Sequence record: DRR378314_1079 | Reading direction: 5' to 3' (one strand) | DNA: 64,000 nt | Shown here: piece by piece, positions 30,886 to 39,351 of the stretch | How positions within the stretch are numbered: position 1 is the stretch's first letter | Layout: each line of letters begins with the position of its first letter | Program-made: the position numbers and the translations under genes | Notes under the pieces: model-generated | Seen by the model: only the letters and a program-made list of their open reading frames with translations | Database searches by the model: none | Told to the model about the DNA's origin: nothing

Positions 30886-31425
30886 ATGCCTCAGATCCAG
30901 AAATACCCCACAGGCTGGCGGATACTGCATTGGGTAATGGCGGTGATGGTCCTGACGCTTATACCCGTCGGGCTCTGGATGGCTTCTCGTGCGGAAGCGG
31001 ATATCTGGGGGGCGCTGACGAACACGCTATACAGTGGCCACAAAGCCTTTGGCTTTACCGTGCTATTGCTGATGATCCTGCGCATCGTGATGAAGATCCG
31101 GTTAAAAAGCCCGCCATATCCAGAGGAGATGCCCCGCACATTGCAGATTGCGGCCAAGAGCATGCATCACCTGCTTTATATAATGTTGGTGGTTACGCCG
31201 TTGTTCGGCTGGGCCGGTGTCACGGCGTACCCGGCTCTGTCCATTGTGGGTAATGTCCAACTGCCCGCCATGCCGTTCGTGCCGCAGGACGAAGCACTGG
31301 CTGGGAGCCTGTTTGCGATACATGGGTGGCTTGCCATAACGTTGGGTGTGCTGGTCGCCGGCCATATCGCGGCCGCGTTCCGCCACATGCTCCGTGGAGA
31401 CGGTATCTTTCGCAGGATGGTTTGA
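30886..31425 (+). CDS. Cytochrome b561
   Basis: Four TM helices with His ligands: LHW, HKAFG, MHHLLY, IHGW, GHIAAA..H. Confidence 0.9.
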   Translation: MPQIQKYPTGWRILHWVMAVMVLTLIPVGLWMASRAEADIWGALTNTLYSGHKAFGFTVLLLMILRIVMKIRLKSPPYPEEMPRTLQIAAKSMHHLLYIMLVVTPLFGWAGVTAYPALSIVGNVQLPAMPFVPQDEALAGSLFAIHGWLAITLGVLVAGHIAAAFRHMLRGDGIFRRMV

Positions 31426-31426
31426 A

Positions 31427-32152
31427 TTATCCGCTCCGGCCGAATATGCGCTCCAGAAACCCCAGTTCCCGAACATCCGGCACCGGCAGCTCGTCGAGCT
31501 GCTCCATGGCGTCGTGCCAAAACACATCGGGGATGTCAAAGTGCTCGACCGATTTGCGTTTTTCCAGGGTGTAATGGTTATGCTCCCCCGACAGACCTGC
31601 CTTTAGTAGAGCGTTGGACCAGAGGTATATGACCGAACGTATGGTGCGAAGAAGTTTGGTATAGACCTCACGTCTCCGATAGATTGCCAGCTCAGCACTA
31701 ACGAATTCGGGGCGCCATCCATCGGAGAAATGCCCCAGATTAATTGCCTGCTCGACACTGAGGCCTATCTGTTTCTGGGCGGCTGCTGTGTCATCTTTGG
31801 TCAGTGGTTCTCGATAGCCCCCACCCTTCCTGCAGGCCAGGTAAATCTGTTCCAGTGACCTGACTCCCTCTGTTAGTTCACGGTGGCCAAGGTCAGCAAT
31901 TTGCCTTTCCTCAAGCGGAACCGGCGCCCACCCATCCTCAGGCGAATTTGCCTCCATATGCCCCGCCTGGCCAAGGCGGTAGGGTGGCGTTCTGTCTTTA
32001 TCGAGATAGCCACAGAACTCTTCACGTAGCCAGGTCGCCATTTTCCGATGGCGCAACATGGTCGCCAATGTAATGGCCGAGGGAATGATGTCGCAGAGCA
32101 GGTCGTTGGCGTCCTGGGTGCGTTCCAGAAGGCGGTTGACGGATGTGGACAT
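31427..32152 (-). CDS. Hypothetical protein with AbiTii-like N-terminal domain
   Basis: N-terminal pattern ...AITLATML...WLREEFCGY...PPYR resembles AbiTii. Confidence 0.55.
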   Translation of the reverse strand: MSTSVNRLLERTQDANDLLCDIIPSAITLATMLRHRKMATWLREEFCGYLDKDRTPPYRLGQAGHMEANSPEDGWAPVPLEERQIADLGHRELTEGVRSLEQIYLACRKGGGYREPLTKDDTAAAQKQIGLSVEQAINLGHFSDGWRPEFVSAELAIYRRREVYTKLLRTIRSVIYLWSNALLKAGLSGEHNHYTLEKRKSVEHFDIPDVFWHDAMEQLDELPVPDVRELGFLERIFGRSG

Positions 32153-32282
32153 AGTCTTTACTCCATTGAGGCCCTATGGGGTAGCCTCTTTCTTGTTGTT
32201 GGAAGGTTCGCGAAGCGGAGCTCAGGAGTGGTTTTTGGTTGAAAGGAAGGCAGTCATTGCGGACCACACAGATACAGGCTCC

Positions 32283-32324
32283 AAAAAGGGGCGGCGCAGC
32301 GGGGCCCGCATACGCCGCCCAAAA
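32283..32324 (-). terminator. Intrinsic terminator after the 2-HCT transporter
   Basis: GGGCGGCG...CGCCGCCC stem followed by a T-run on the minus strand. Confidence 0.6.
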
Positions 32325-32335
32325 GGACGCTGGAG

Positions 32336-33679
32336 TTAGAGAAGAACACCGAACAGGTAACCGGCAAGAAGCAGCACGATACCGCCACCTATACGGGAGG
32401 AGATCTGCGCGTAGGGGAACAGGTCCATCCGGCGGGAGGCGCCTAAAACTTCCAAGTCCCCGGAACCGCCACGGTTGGCCATGCAGAGCCCGGCGCTGAT
32501 CGCAGCTTCGATCGGGTAACAGCCAAAGAACCTTGCGACGAGCATCGTGCCAAGTACGGCGCCAAACACAACAAACAGACAAATCAGGACATTTGTGAAC
32601 TTCAGAGCGGCAAGCAGTTCATTAAGGTCGGTAATTAAGCCAACGGCGACCAGAACAAGAACCAGGAAGACCTTCATCCCCCATTCAGAAAGAACAATGA
32701 GAGAGCGCTTCTGGTCTGCTGAGAGAATATTCAGGAGGTTGACGGCCACAATCAGTATCACGACCCAGGCAAATAAATGAACCATCGGCACCAGTGAGTA
32801 CAGTAGAAAACACAGGAGAAGAACCGCCAGCACGAAGAACAGGGCGCCATGGGTATTCAGCATACCTTTCGTATCAGTGTCTTCTTCAAACCTTGGGCTG
32901 TCATTGTTAACCCGAAGAAGTTTGCCATTGCCGGTTAGCGCCGGGAATCGATTGCCTAGCCTGTTGAGTCCGGAAGCGACGAGTATGGCCAGGATATTGG
33001 CCAGTGTGAGAACCGAGATGGCATAGCTGTAATAGTCTCCGTCATCCATGCCAGTAATATCATTGTAGATTTCGGCCATTGGTATGGCGCCGGCGCCGTT
33101 TCCGCCCCCCATGATCGGCAACACGTAATGCGTGATAATTCGTGCCGGCTCCACCCCAACCATCAAACCCATGGCAATACCAAGGGTGGCAGCTCCGACC
33201 AGTCCAGCCAGAATGATGGGGATATAGGCAAGCAGCGACCTTACAAGTACCTTTGGTGGTACCGAAAGAATGCTAGAGGCAATGATTGCGACAAGGAGAA
33301 AGTAGAGGAAACGGTTGTCCAGTACCGAACCTTGAAGGAAGTCCGCATCCTCTCGCGAAATGACTCCCCAGTGGACCAGCACAGCAGCGCCAAAAAAAGC
33401 CATGATCATTCCGCCGCCAATGTATTCCCTCCAGACGGGCAGTTTTTCACCGATCGCATACAGAATGAAGCCGATGGCCCACATAAATGCGAAAGCCCCG
33501 ATAATGCCCGTTTCCTGAAGCTGCCCCATCTTCCAGAACAAAATAATCAACACGGCCATTATGGAGAAGAACAGCACTGGTATCCCGGCAACCTCCAGTT
33601 GGAAGGCTCGTTTGATTTTGCTCTCCTGCTCATTGTTGTTCTGAGGCACGCTTTCTGCGGTAGTGCTATTTCTTGTCAT
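32336..33679 (-). CDS. 2-hydroxycarboxylate transporter family protein (CitS/MaeN-like)
   Basis: PIMGGGNGAGAIP, GLCMANRGGSGD..VL.A..RM.L, YAQISSRIGGG. Confidence 0.93.
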   Translation of the reverse strand: MTRNSTTAESVPQNNNEQESKIKRAFQLEVAGIPVLFFSIMAVLIILFWKMGQLQETGIIGAFAFMWAIGFILYAIGEKLPVWREYIGGGMIMAFFGAAVLVHWGVISREDADFLQGSVLDNRFLYFLLVAIIASSILSVPPKVLVRSLLAYIPIILAGLVGAATLGIAMGLMVGVEPARIITHYVLPIMGGGNGAGAIPMAEIYNDITGMDDGDYYSYAISVLTLANILAILVASGLNRLGNRFPALTGNGKLLRVNNDSPRFEEDTDTKGMLNTHGALFFVLAVLLLCFLLYSLVPMVHLFAWVVILIVAVNLLNILSADQKRSLIVLSEWGMKVFLVLVLVAVGLITDLNELLAALKFTNVLICLFVVFGAVLGTMLVARFFGCYPIEAAISAGLCMANRGGSGDLEVLGASRRMDLFPYAQISSRIGGGIVLLLAGYLFGVLL

Positions 33680-33780
33680 AATGTCTTCTCTGGTTTCAAT
33701 TCACATGCTTTTCCCTGCTCGTCTTCGCTCGCAGGTTCTGTCGCCAATGCGTGGTTAGGGGGACATTAAACTCTGTCTCG

Positions 33781-33823
33781 ATATAAGTAAATCTTGATTT
33801 AAATTGTCAATATTTACTTATAT
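33781..33823. promoter_or_regulatory. Inverted repeat with 17-bp arms, putative operator (core TTGA-N9-TCAA)
   Basis: ATATAAGTAAATCTTGA-tttaaattg-TCAATATTTACTTATAT; one mismatch between arms. Confidence 0.75.
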
Positions 33824-33887
33824 TCTGGCTGTTGTTGCATAAAAAAGGTTTCTTAATAAGGGGGCGCGAGTGGAGCAATGCTTTTGT

Positions 33888-34826
33888 TCAATGATGTAGA
33901 GCGTGCCTGATCAGTTCGGATTCGGTGGTCAGGATGTCACGAACGACCGGCGCAACTTCATTGAACCTGACTACGCCGTGAATGATGTTGGGAATGATCG
34001 AGGTGCTGACATCAACATTCGATGCGGACAACTTGGCACCCAGAAGGACATTCTCATCAAGCAGCGGGTCGAGGTCGCCAATGACCAATCGAGTTCTTGG
34101 TAACCCCCTTAAATCCGCATATATCGGTTGAGCTCGCCAGTCCCATTCATTGTTGGGAAGATAGTCGCTCCAATGCTGTTTCATAGACTCTGCTGACAAG
34201 CCAAATCCATTATAACCCCCCAGTCTTTCCCAGGATTCGGAAGAAGTGTCTTTGGAATAGACCCCGTAGAACAGCATAAGGTAACGGCAATGGGGGAGGC
34301 CGGTATCCCGTAGTGAAAGCGCCGCGCCCAGCGCCAGATTTGCACCCGCTGAATCCCCACCGATTGCGTATTCATCAATGTGCCATTTATCGGCGATGCC
34401 TCTCAAAAGGACATGCCTTATGACCGACACTACTTCGACAAATGCTGTGGGAAACTGGTTTTCCGGCGACAGTGCATAGTCTATTGATAGAATGCCAATG
34501 TTGCTCTCTCTGGCGAGCTGCCTGAGAGGAGCGTCCCATTCTTCCAGGGATCCATGACGGAAGCCCCCGCCGTGGCAGTAAAACATCAGTTTTACTTTCC
34601 TGTGACTATCGTCAGGCAGGTAAAGTTTCAGCCTTACTGATCGACCGTTAACCTGGAGGTCCAGGTAACGCTCAACCGGCAGGGGCACGCTGCCTTTTGA
34701 TGCCAGCTCCGTTATTCGTTTTAGATAGTCCCGGGTGGTTGGCGCATCGCTATTCTTTGGGGGGATAAGGTTGTTTTCCTTCAATTTGGATACGACACGT
34801 GCCAGGTCCTTGTGAATCGTATTCAT
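33888..34826 (-). CDS. Alpha/beta hydrolase of the HSL/Aes esterase family
   Basis: HGGGF, IDYALSPE, GDSAGANLA, DPLLDE, IHG; start moved to ATG 34826 because a terminator lies at 34860-34887. Confidence 0.9.
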   Translation of the reverse strand: MNTIHKDLARVVSKLKENNLIPPKNSDAPTTRDYLKRITELASKGSVPLPVERYLDLQVNGRSVRLKLYLPDDSHRKVKLMFYCHGGGFRHGSLEEWDAPLRQLARESNIGILSIDYALSPENQFPTAFVEVVSVIRHVLLRGIADKWHIDEYAIGGDSAGANLALGAALSLRDTGLPHCRYLMLFYGVYSKDTSSESWERLGGYNGFGLSAESMKQHWSDYLPNNEWDWRAQPIYADLRGLPRTRLVIGDLDPLLDENVLLGAKLSASNVDVSTSIIPNIIHGVVRFNEVAPVVRDILTTESELIRHALHH

Positions 34827-34859
34827 GGTTCCGGTCCAATTATGGTCATGATGGCGTTT

Positions 34860-34887
34860 AAAAAAATGGCGACCCTTAGGGTCGCCA
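34860..34887 (-). terminator. Intrinsic terminator after the OprD-family porin
   Basis: Minus strand TGGCGACCCT-a-AGGGTCGCCA followed by T7. Confidence 0.75.
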
Positions 34888-34935
34888 AGCAACTGCTGGG
34901 TCAACAAAGAAATAAAACAACAGACGGGATAGGGC

Positions 34936-36348
34936 TTAGAATGCGTAGTCCAGATACACCCGTGTTTCTTTACCTGTTACAACGTTTTCGGGTTGCGCTG
35001 AAACGAGCGCAACAAAATCTTCATTGATATCGTAATCGGTAAAAATAAGGCCTACTGAAAGCCCGGTGTAGTTGTGTTCATCAAAGCGGTAATAGATCCG
35101 GTATTCAGACTGGCGCTCGGTGATATCGCCGGTGTCACCCGTTAGTGGGTTCGTGGCATCGAACGAACCGCGTTTATAGGTGGCCAGCATCTGGAGGCCA
35201 TCCAGGGGGATGTCAAAGAGTTGATGATTCGAGAAACTGTATTCCACTGCCAACTGCCAGGCTTCCTCGCCGTCGTTGTTAAAGTCATTGCCGGCCCTGG
35301 TCCAGACATCGAGCCTGCCATCGGCGTTATCGGCATGGTCAAAATAGGCATAGCCTATCTGGCCATTGTCCAGTTCCGCCTCGGCTTTCGTCCATGAGGC
35401 CCCGAACCTCCAGTTATCCAGAAGGAGTCCCAAGTTTATGTTTGTCCAGTTCGCTGAGGATGTGTACCCGGCAAGTCCTTGGGCAACGTCCTGCGACCAG
35501 AGGTCACCGTTTTCCCGAAAATCATAGTATTGGGCATCAAGAAGAACGCCGCTGTTTTCCCCCAAGGGCGCCTTCAGCTCCAGGCCGTACTTGGTGTTGC
35601 GGTTAAAATCCTTGGAGACCCCTGTAGCGTAACTCAGTACAATGGCCTGAAGGTCATAGGTGAGGCCAATTGTGCTGACGTTATCGATAACGTCGCCGCT
35701 CAGGTTACGAAAGTGCTCGGTACGTCTGCGGTCGCGCGGAGATGCCCTGTCAATAAAGGCGGCATCCAGGCTGAGCTCGCCGGCCAATGGACCAACATCG
35801 AGCCCGGATTTCCCCATGTAGAGTTTGCTGCCACGGTAGCTTCCGGGAACCGCCCGAGTGTCCTTGGTCACTATTGTGCCAGCGTCAAATCTGCCCAGGC
35901 CGGCATCAAGGCCAACGTGCCAGTCGGCAGTGCGGTGCCGCAGTTTGACGTGGGCCTGCCCGATTTTCGCGAAGCCTTCGTTCCTGCCGTCTGAGTCGTC
36001 GAACAGGTCTCTGCTGTTTGTTTCGGAATGCACCTTGCCGACGCCGTAAAGCGATACCCTAACGCCAATAGCATCGCTCCAGTAGGGCGAGTCATAGTCA
36101 AGGACTGCGCCAATGGCGGTTCCTCCCAGGTCATTGCCGAACGAAAATCCTCCAAAGTTCTCTTCGATCAATTCGTTTTCAATTTCTGTGTCGATATCTA
36201 CCGCACGCAGGTAAAGATTGAGTTGGCCTTCATTGGTCGTACGATTGGCGGTATTCATATTTTCGCCAATTCTTGCTCCGTAGGAGGCGCCACTCGTGAT
36301 CATGAGTACAGAAGCGAGAGTCACTATTTTTGTATTAAAGGTTGTCAT
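34936..36348 (-). CDS. OprD/Occ-like outer-membrane porin
   Basis: Signal peptide, LDYDSPYW, DTRAVPGSYRG, DFNNDGEEAWQL..EYSF, terminal RVYLDYAF. Confidence 0.75.
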   Translation of the reverse strand: MTTFNTKIVTLASVLMITSGASYGARIGENMNTANRTTNEGQLNLYLRAVDIDTEIENELIEENFGGFSFGNDLGGTAIGAVLDYDSPYWSDAIGVRVSLYGVGKVHSETNSRDLFDDSDGRNEGFAKIGQAHVKLRHRTADWHVGLDAGLGRFDAGTIVTKDTRAVPGSYRGSKLYMGKSGLDVGPLAGELSLDAAFIDRASPRDRRRTEHFRNLSGDVIDNVSTIGLTYDLQAIVLSYATGVSKDFNRNTKYGLELKAPLGENSGVLLDAQYYDFRENGDLWSQDVAQGLAGYTSSANWTNINLGLLLDNWRFGASWTKAEAELDNGQIGYAYFDHADNADGRLDVWTRAGNDFNNDGEEAWQLAVEYSFSNHQLFDIPLDGLQMLATYKRGSFDATNPLTGDTGDITERQSEYRIYYRFDEHNYTGLSVGLIFTDYDINEDFVALVSAQPENVVTGKETRVYLDYAF

Positions 36349-36391
36349 GATTACTGTGCCTTATTGTTTTATGTTGAAGGTTTCTTTGTGG

Positions 36392-37684
36392 TCAAATTAT
36401 TGCGCCCGTAATTACGCCTCCAATGATGAATATGAACGACGACGATATGGCCCAGGGCAGTGCGAACCGTTGAAGGTCACCAACCTCAACTTTCAGCATT
36501 GAGCTGATAAGATAAATGGGCGCGATCAGGGGGCTAAGGGCATGAACGGGCATCCCCATTAGTGAAGCTCTGGCAATATTCATCGCGTCGATATTAAACT
36601 CGCTTCCAACGCCGCCCATTATTGGTACAACGCCAAAGAAGAAAGCATCGTTGGAAAGGATGAATGTCAGTGGCAGGCTGATGAAGGCAACAATCACACT
36701 GAAGTATTCGCCGGCCCCATCGGGAATGATGGCTACAAACTCTTCAGACAGTGCGGAAACCATTCCCGTACCATTGATGATTCCCGCGAAAACGCCGGCC
36801 CCGAGAATCAGGGTTGCTACCGTAAGAACGTTACCCGAGTGGGACATCAGTCTTTCTTTTTGGTCTGAAAGATTTGGATAATTAACGACCAGGGCGAGAG
36901 CTAGAGCACCAACCATAAGCGCGGGTAAGGGGGCAAAGCCCAACGCCATTGAGCCAAAGAGACCTATCGTTAAAGCGAGGTTAACCCAGAAAAGTTTTGG
37001 CCTTCTGGCAGGATTGGCATCCTGTTGGTATTCCAGTTCACCAATGTCTTTTGAAAGAGAGTTTGGATGGGTCCAGTTCAGCCTCTTTCTTTCCCGGAGG
37101 CCCAGCCAATACGCCACAAAGAATGCATAGACCACAGCAATCAGGATGGCCGGAATCAGCCCCAAAAACACTTCAGTGGCGTCCAGATTCAGTGCACTTG
37201 CGGCGCGCGCTGTGGGGCCACCCCAGGGCACAACATTTATGACCGTATTGGTCAGTAGTAGAAGAACTGCGATGATGCAGGGATTCATTCCGACTTTCAG
37301 ATAAAGCGGAAGCATAGCCGTTACGACAATCAGAACGGTACTTGTTCCGTCGCCGTCAAGAGAGGTTATAACGCCCAGAACGGCCGTATACATTGCAATT
37401 CGTAACGGGTCATCCCCAGACAAGCGGATGATTCTTTTTACTAGTGGATCGAATAGCCCCGCATCGTACATCAGAGCAAAGAAAAGGATGGCGAAGATTA
37501 GCATTATCGCAATGGGCGCCACCTCGACCATTCCTTCCATGATCATGCCGCCCAGTTCCCCACGACTCTCCGTCATGAGCCCAAAAAGTATGGGGATAAC
37601 AATCAGTGCTGTGAACGCTGATAATTTTCTCATCATGATGAGAACCATGAAGGTCACCACCATTCCGAACCCTATTAATGCCAT
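36392..37684 (-). CDS. CitMHS-family citrate:cation/H+ symporter
   Basis: FAILFF.LM.DAGLFDP, SLDGDG, N..PWGGPTARA, SNDAFFFGVVP, HALSPL; start ATG 37684. Confidence 0.92.
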   Translation of the reverse strand: MALIGFGMVVTFMVLIMMRKLSAFTALIVIPILFGLMTESRGELGGMIMEGMVEVAPIAIMLIFAILFFALMYDAGLFDPLVKRIIRLSGDDPLRIAMYTAVLGVITSLDGDGTSTVLIVVTAMLPLYLKVGMNPCIIAVLLLLTNTVINVVPWGGPTARAASALNLDATEVFLGLIPAILIAVVYAFFVAYWLGLRERKRLNWTHPNSLSKDIGELEYQQDANPARRPKLFWVNLALTIGLFGSMALGFAPLPALMVGALALALVVNYPNLSDQKERLMSHSGNVLTVATLILGAGVFAGIINGTGMVSALSEEFVAIIPDGAGEYFSVIVAFISLPLTFILSNDAFFFGVVPIMGGVGSEFNIDAMNIARASLMGMPVHALSPLIAPIYLISSMLKVEVGDLQRFALPWAISSSFIFIIGGVITGAII

Positions 37685-37772
37685 GCTTTGACCTTTTTTG
37701 TTGTGTATGTCAGTGACTGTCGAAAGGGGAGTGCCTTTCGAATGGAAGACAGTAATTCTCAATTTTTTAAAA

Positions 37773-37797
37773 GTAAAGATTGAATAAAAACGTCAAT
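37773..37797. promoter_or_regulatory. Putative operator GTAAAGATTGA-N9-TCAAT
   Basis: GTAAAGATTGA-ataaaaacg-TCAAT between CitMHS and the regulator; weaker copies at 37871-37889 and 37903-37927. Confidence 0.7.
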
Positions 37798-37948
37798 GTG
37801 TATTAAATAAGTTTGAGGAAGAGAGGCGGGAATATTGAAATGGAAGCCGAAATGGCTATCTATTCAATGATTTGAGCGTATTTTTCATTGACGGGCTATG
37901 ACGTTAAGATTGACGCTTTAACTTTACCTGGGCGCGAGTGGATAGAAG

Positions 37949-39139
37949 ATGACCAGCAACGAAGGCCTTTATTTGACGGCGGAGGAAGCTGCAGAGCGGC
38001 TCGGAGTGAGTCAGGCTACTCTGTATGCCTATGTGAGCCGAAAGAACATCCGGTCCCTGCAGATAGAGGGCTCCAAGAAACGGCGATACTGGGCCGAGGA
38101 TATTGAGCGGATCCGCAAGAAGCCAAACACACCGAAGCGGCGCTCCGGCCGCTCTCAAACGCCGTCTGCGCAAAGCGCGATCACGCTTCTGACCGACACT
38201 GGCCTATATTACAGGGGCGTGGATGTGCTTGATCTGGTGGAGACGAAGTCCGTCGAGGAGGTTGCGGAGCTGCTTTGGCAGGTACCTGGCGCCTTTGACC
38301 ATGAGCTCCTACGCACGCCGGAATCCACTGACGAACTGCTGGACCTCTATCGCGGGTATCAGGCGTCTGAGAAAGCGATTGCCCTGTTCCCAACCCTCGA
38401 ACGGGCCAACCCAAGGGCGTTTGATCTTTCGCCAGAGGGCTACGCAAGAACCGGTTCCGGGGTCGTCAGGTGGTTTGCCGCATTGGTGGGAGGAAAGAAC
38501 CGACCCACCAACGAACCCTTGCATCAGTACCTTGTTGAAGCCTGTGGGGTCGACCCGGGCTACGGAGATCTTCTGCGACGCCTGATGATCCTGTCGCTGG
38601 ACCATGAGCTTGATCACTCCACCAATACCGTGAGGGCAGCGGCCATGACCGGCGTGACGCCCTTTTACGCCGCGATTACCGGCCTGGCTTCCTATCACGG
38701 TCGTCGTGTTGCCTACGGCCGGGCGCAGACGATCAACCAGTTGCTCAACGAAATCTGCACCAGTGCCGATCCGGTCCGGCCGTTGCTGAAGCATTTTGGG
38801 GAAAAGAACGCCATTCCCGGATTCGGTGACGCTGTGCCTGTCCGGGTCGATACCAGGGTGGATTCACTGCTGTCCTCCCTGGACAGTTGTTTTGGGGAGG
38901 ACCCGGAATTTCAGCGTCTCATGAAGGCTGCCCAGGTTGCGCAAGAGCTGGTCGGCCATCCCCCGGAGTTCCTCCTGTTAGCGACCTTTGTCGGCCGGAA
39001 ATTTGGCCTGGATGGGCAGGAGCTGGCGTTGATCGGCGTGGCTCGCATGGTCGGGTGGATAGCCCACGCCTGTGAGCAGTACAACACCCAGCCTTTCTCA
39101 CGGGAACGGGCTTTCTATACCGGGGAGCTGCCAGGCTGA
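37949..39139 (+). CDS. HTH (excisionase/MerR-like) fused to a degenerate citrate synthase domain; probable transcription factor
   Basis: YLTAEEAAERLGVSQATLYAYVSR; citrate synthase remnants SAITL...LYYRG, DHEL, IPGFG, ARMVGWIAH..EQ; catalytic His/His/Asp motifs altered. Confidence 0.85.
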   Translation: MTSNEGLYLTAEEAAERLGVSQATLYAYVSRKNIRSLQIEGSKKRRYWAEDIERIRKKPNTPKRRSGRSQTPSAQSAITLLTDTGLYYRGVDVLDLVETKSVEEVAELLWQVPGAFDHELLRTPESTDELLDLYRGYQASEKAIALFPTLERANPRAFDLSPEGYARTGSGVVRWFAALVGGKNRPTNEPLHQYLVEACGVDPGYGDLLRRLMILSLDHELDHSTNTVRAAAMTGVTPFYAAITGLASYHGRRVAYGRAQTINQLLNEICTSADPVRPLLKHFGEKNAIPGFGDAVPVRVDTRVDSLLSSLDSCFGEDPEFQRLMKAAQVAQELVGHPPEFLLLATFVGRKFGLDGQELALIGVARMVGWIAHACEQYNTQPFSRERAFYTGELPG

Positions 39140-39266
39140 AATTGCTGAAGCCCAACCCGCCCGGGATTGGGCTTCGACCTCTTACCGTGCCCGCCTCGGG
39201 CGCTTGATTTCCCCTTCCTCAACTTCCTTCAGGTCTTACCGCTCCGTTCGGGGCAAGTCGTAATTA

Positions 39267-39291
39267 GTACACATTGATAAAATATATCCAC
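39267..39291. promoter_or_regulatory. Putative operator GTACACATTGA-N9-TCCAC
   Basis: Variant of the island palindrome ~60 bp upstream of the AtuA-like gene. Confidence 0.6.
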
Positions 39292-39351
39292 TTTTATTAA
39301 AAATACAAACAATTATCATGGTTGCACGTTCATAGTGGAGGAAATACAAGA

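Noticed and set aside
31427-32152. A defence island around the AbiTii-like gene
   Set aside because: No other defence, restriction, toxin-antitoxin or mobile genes are adjacent.
37949-39139. Annotation as an active citrate synthase or as a phage excisionase
   Set aside because: Catalytic motifs are degenerate; the HTH is fused in-frame and no integrase or phage genes are nearby.
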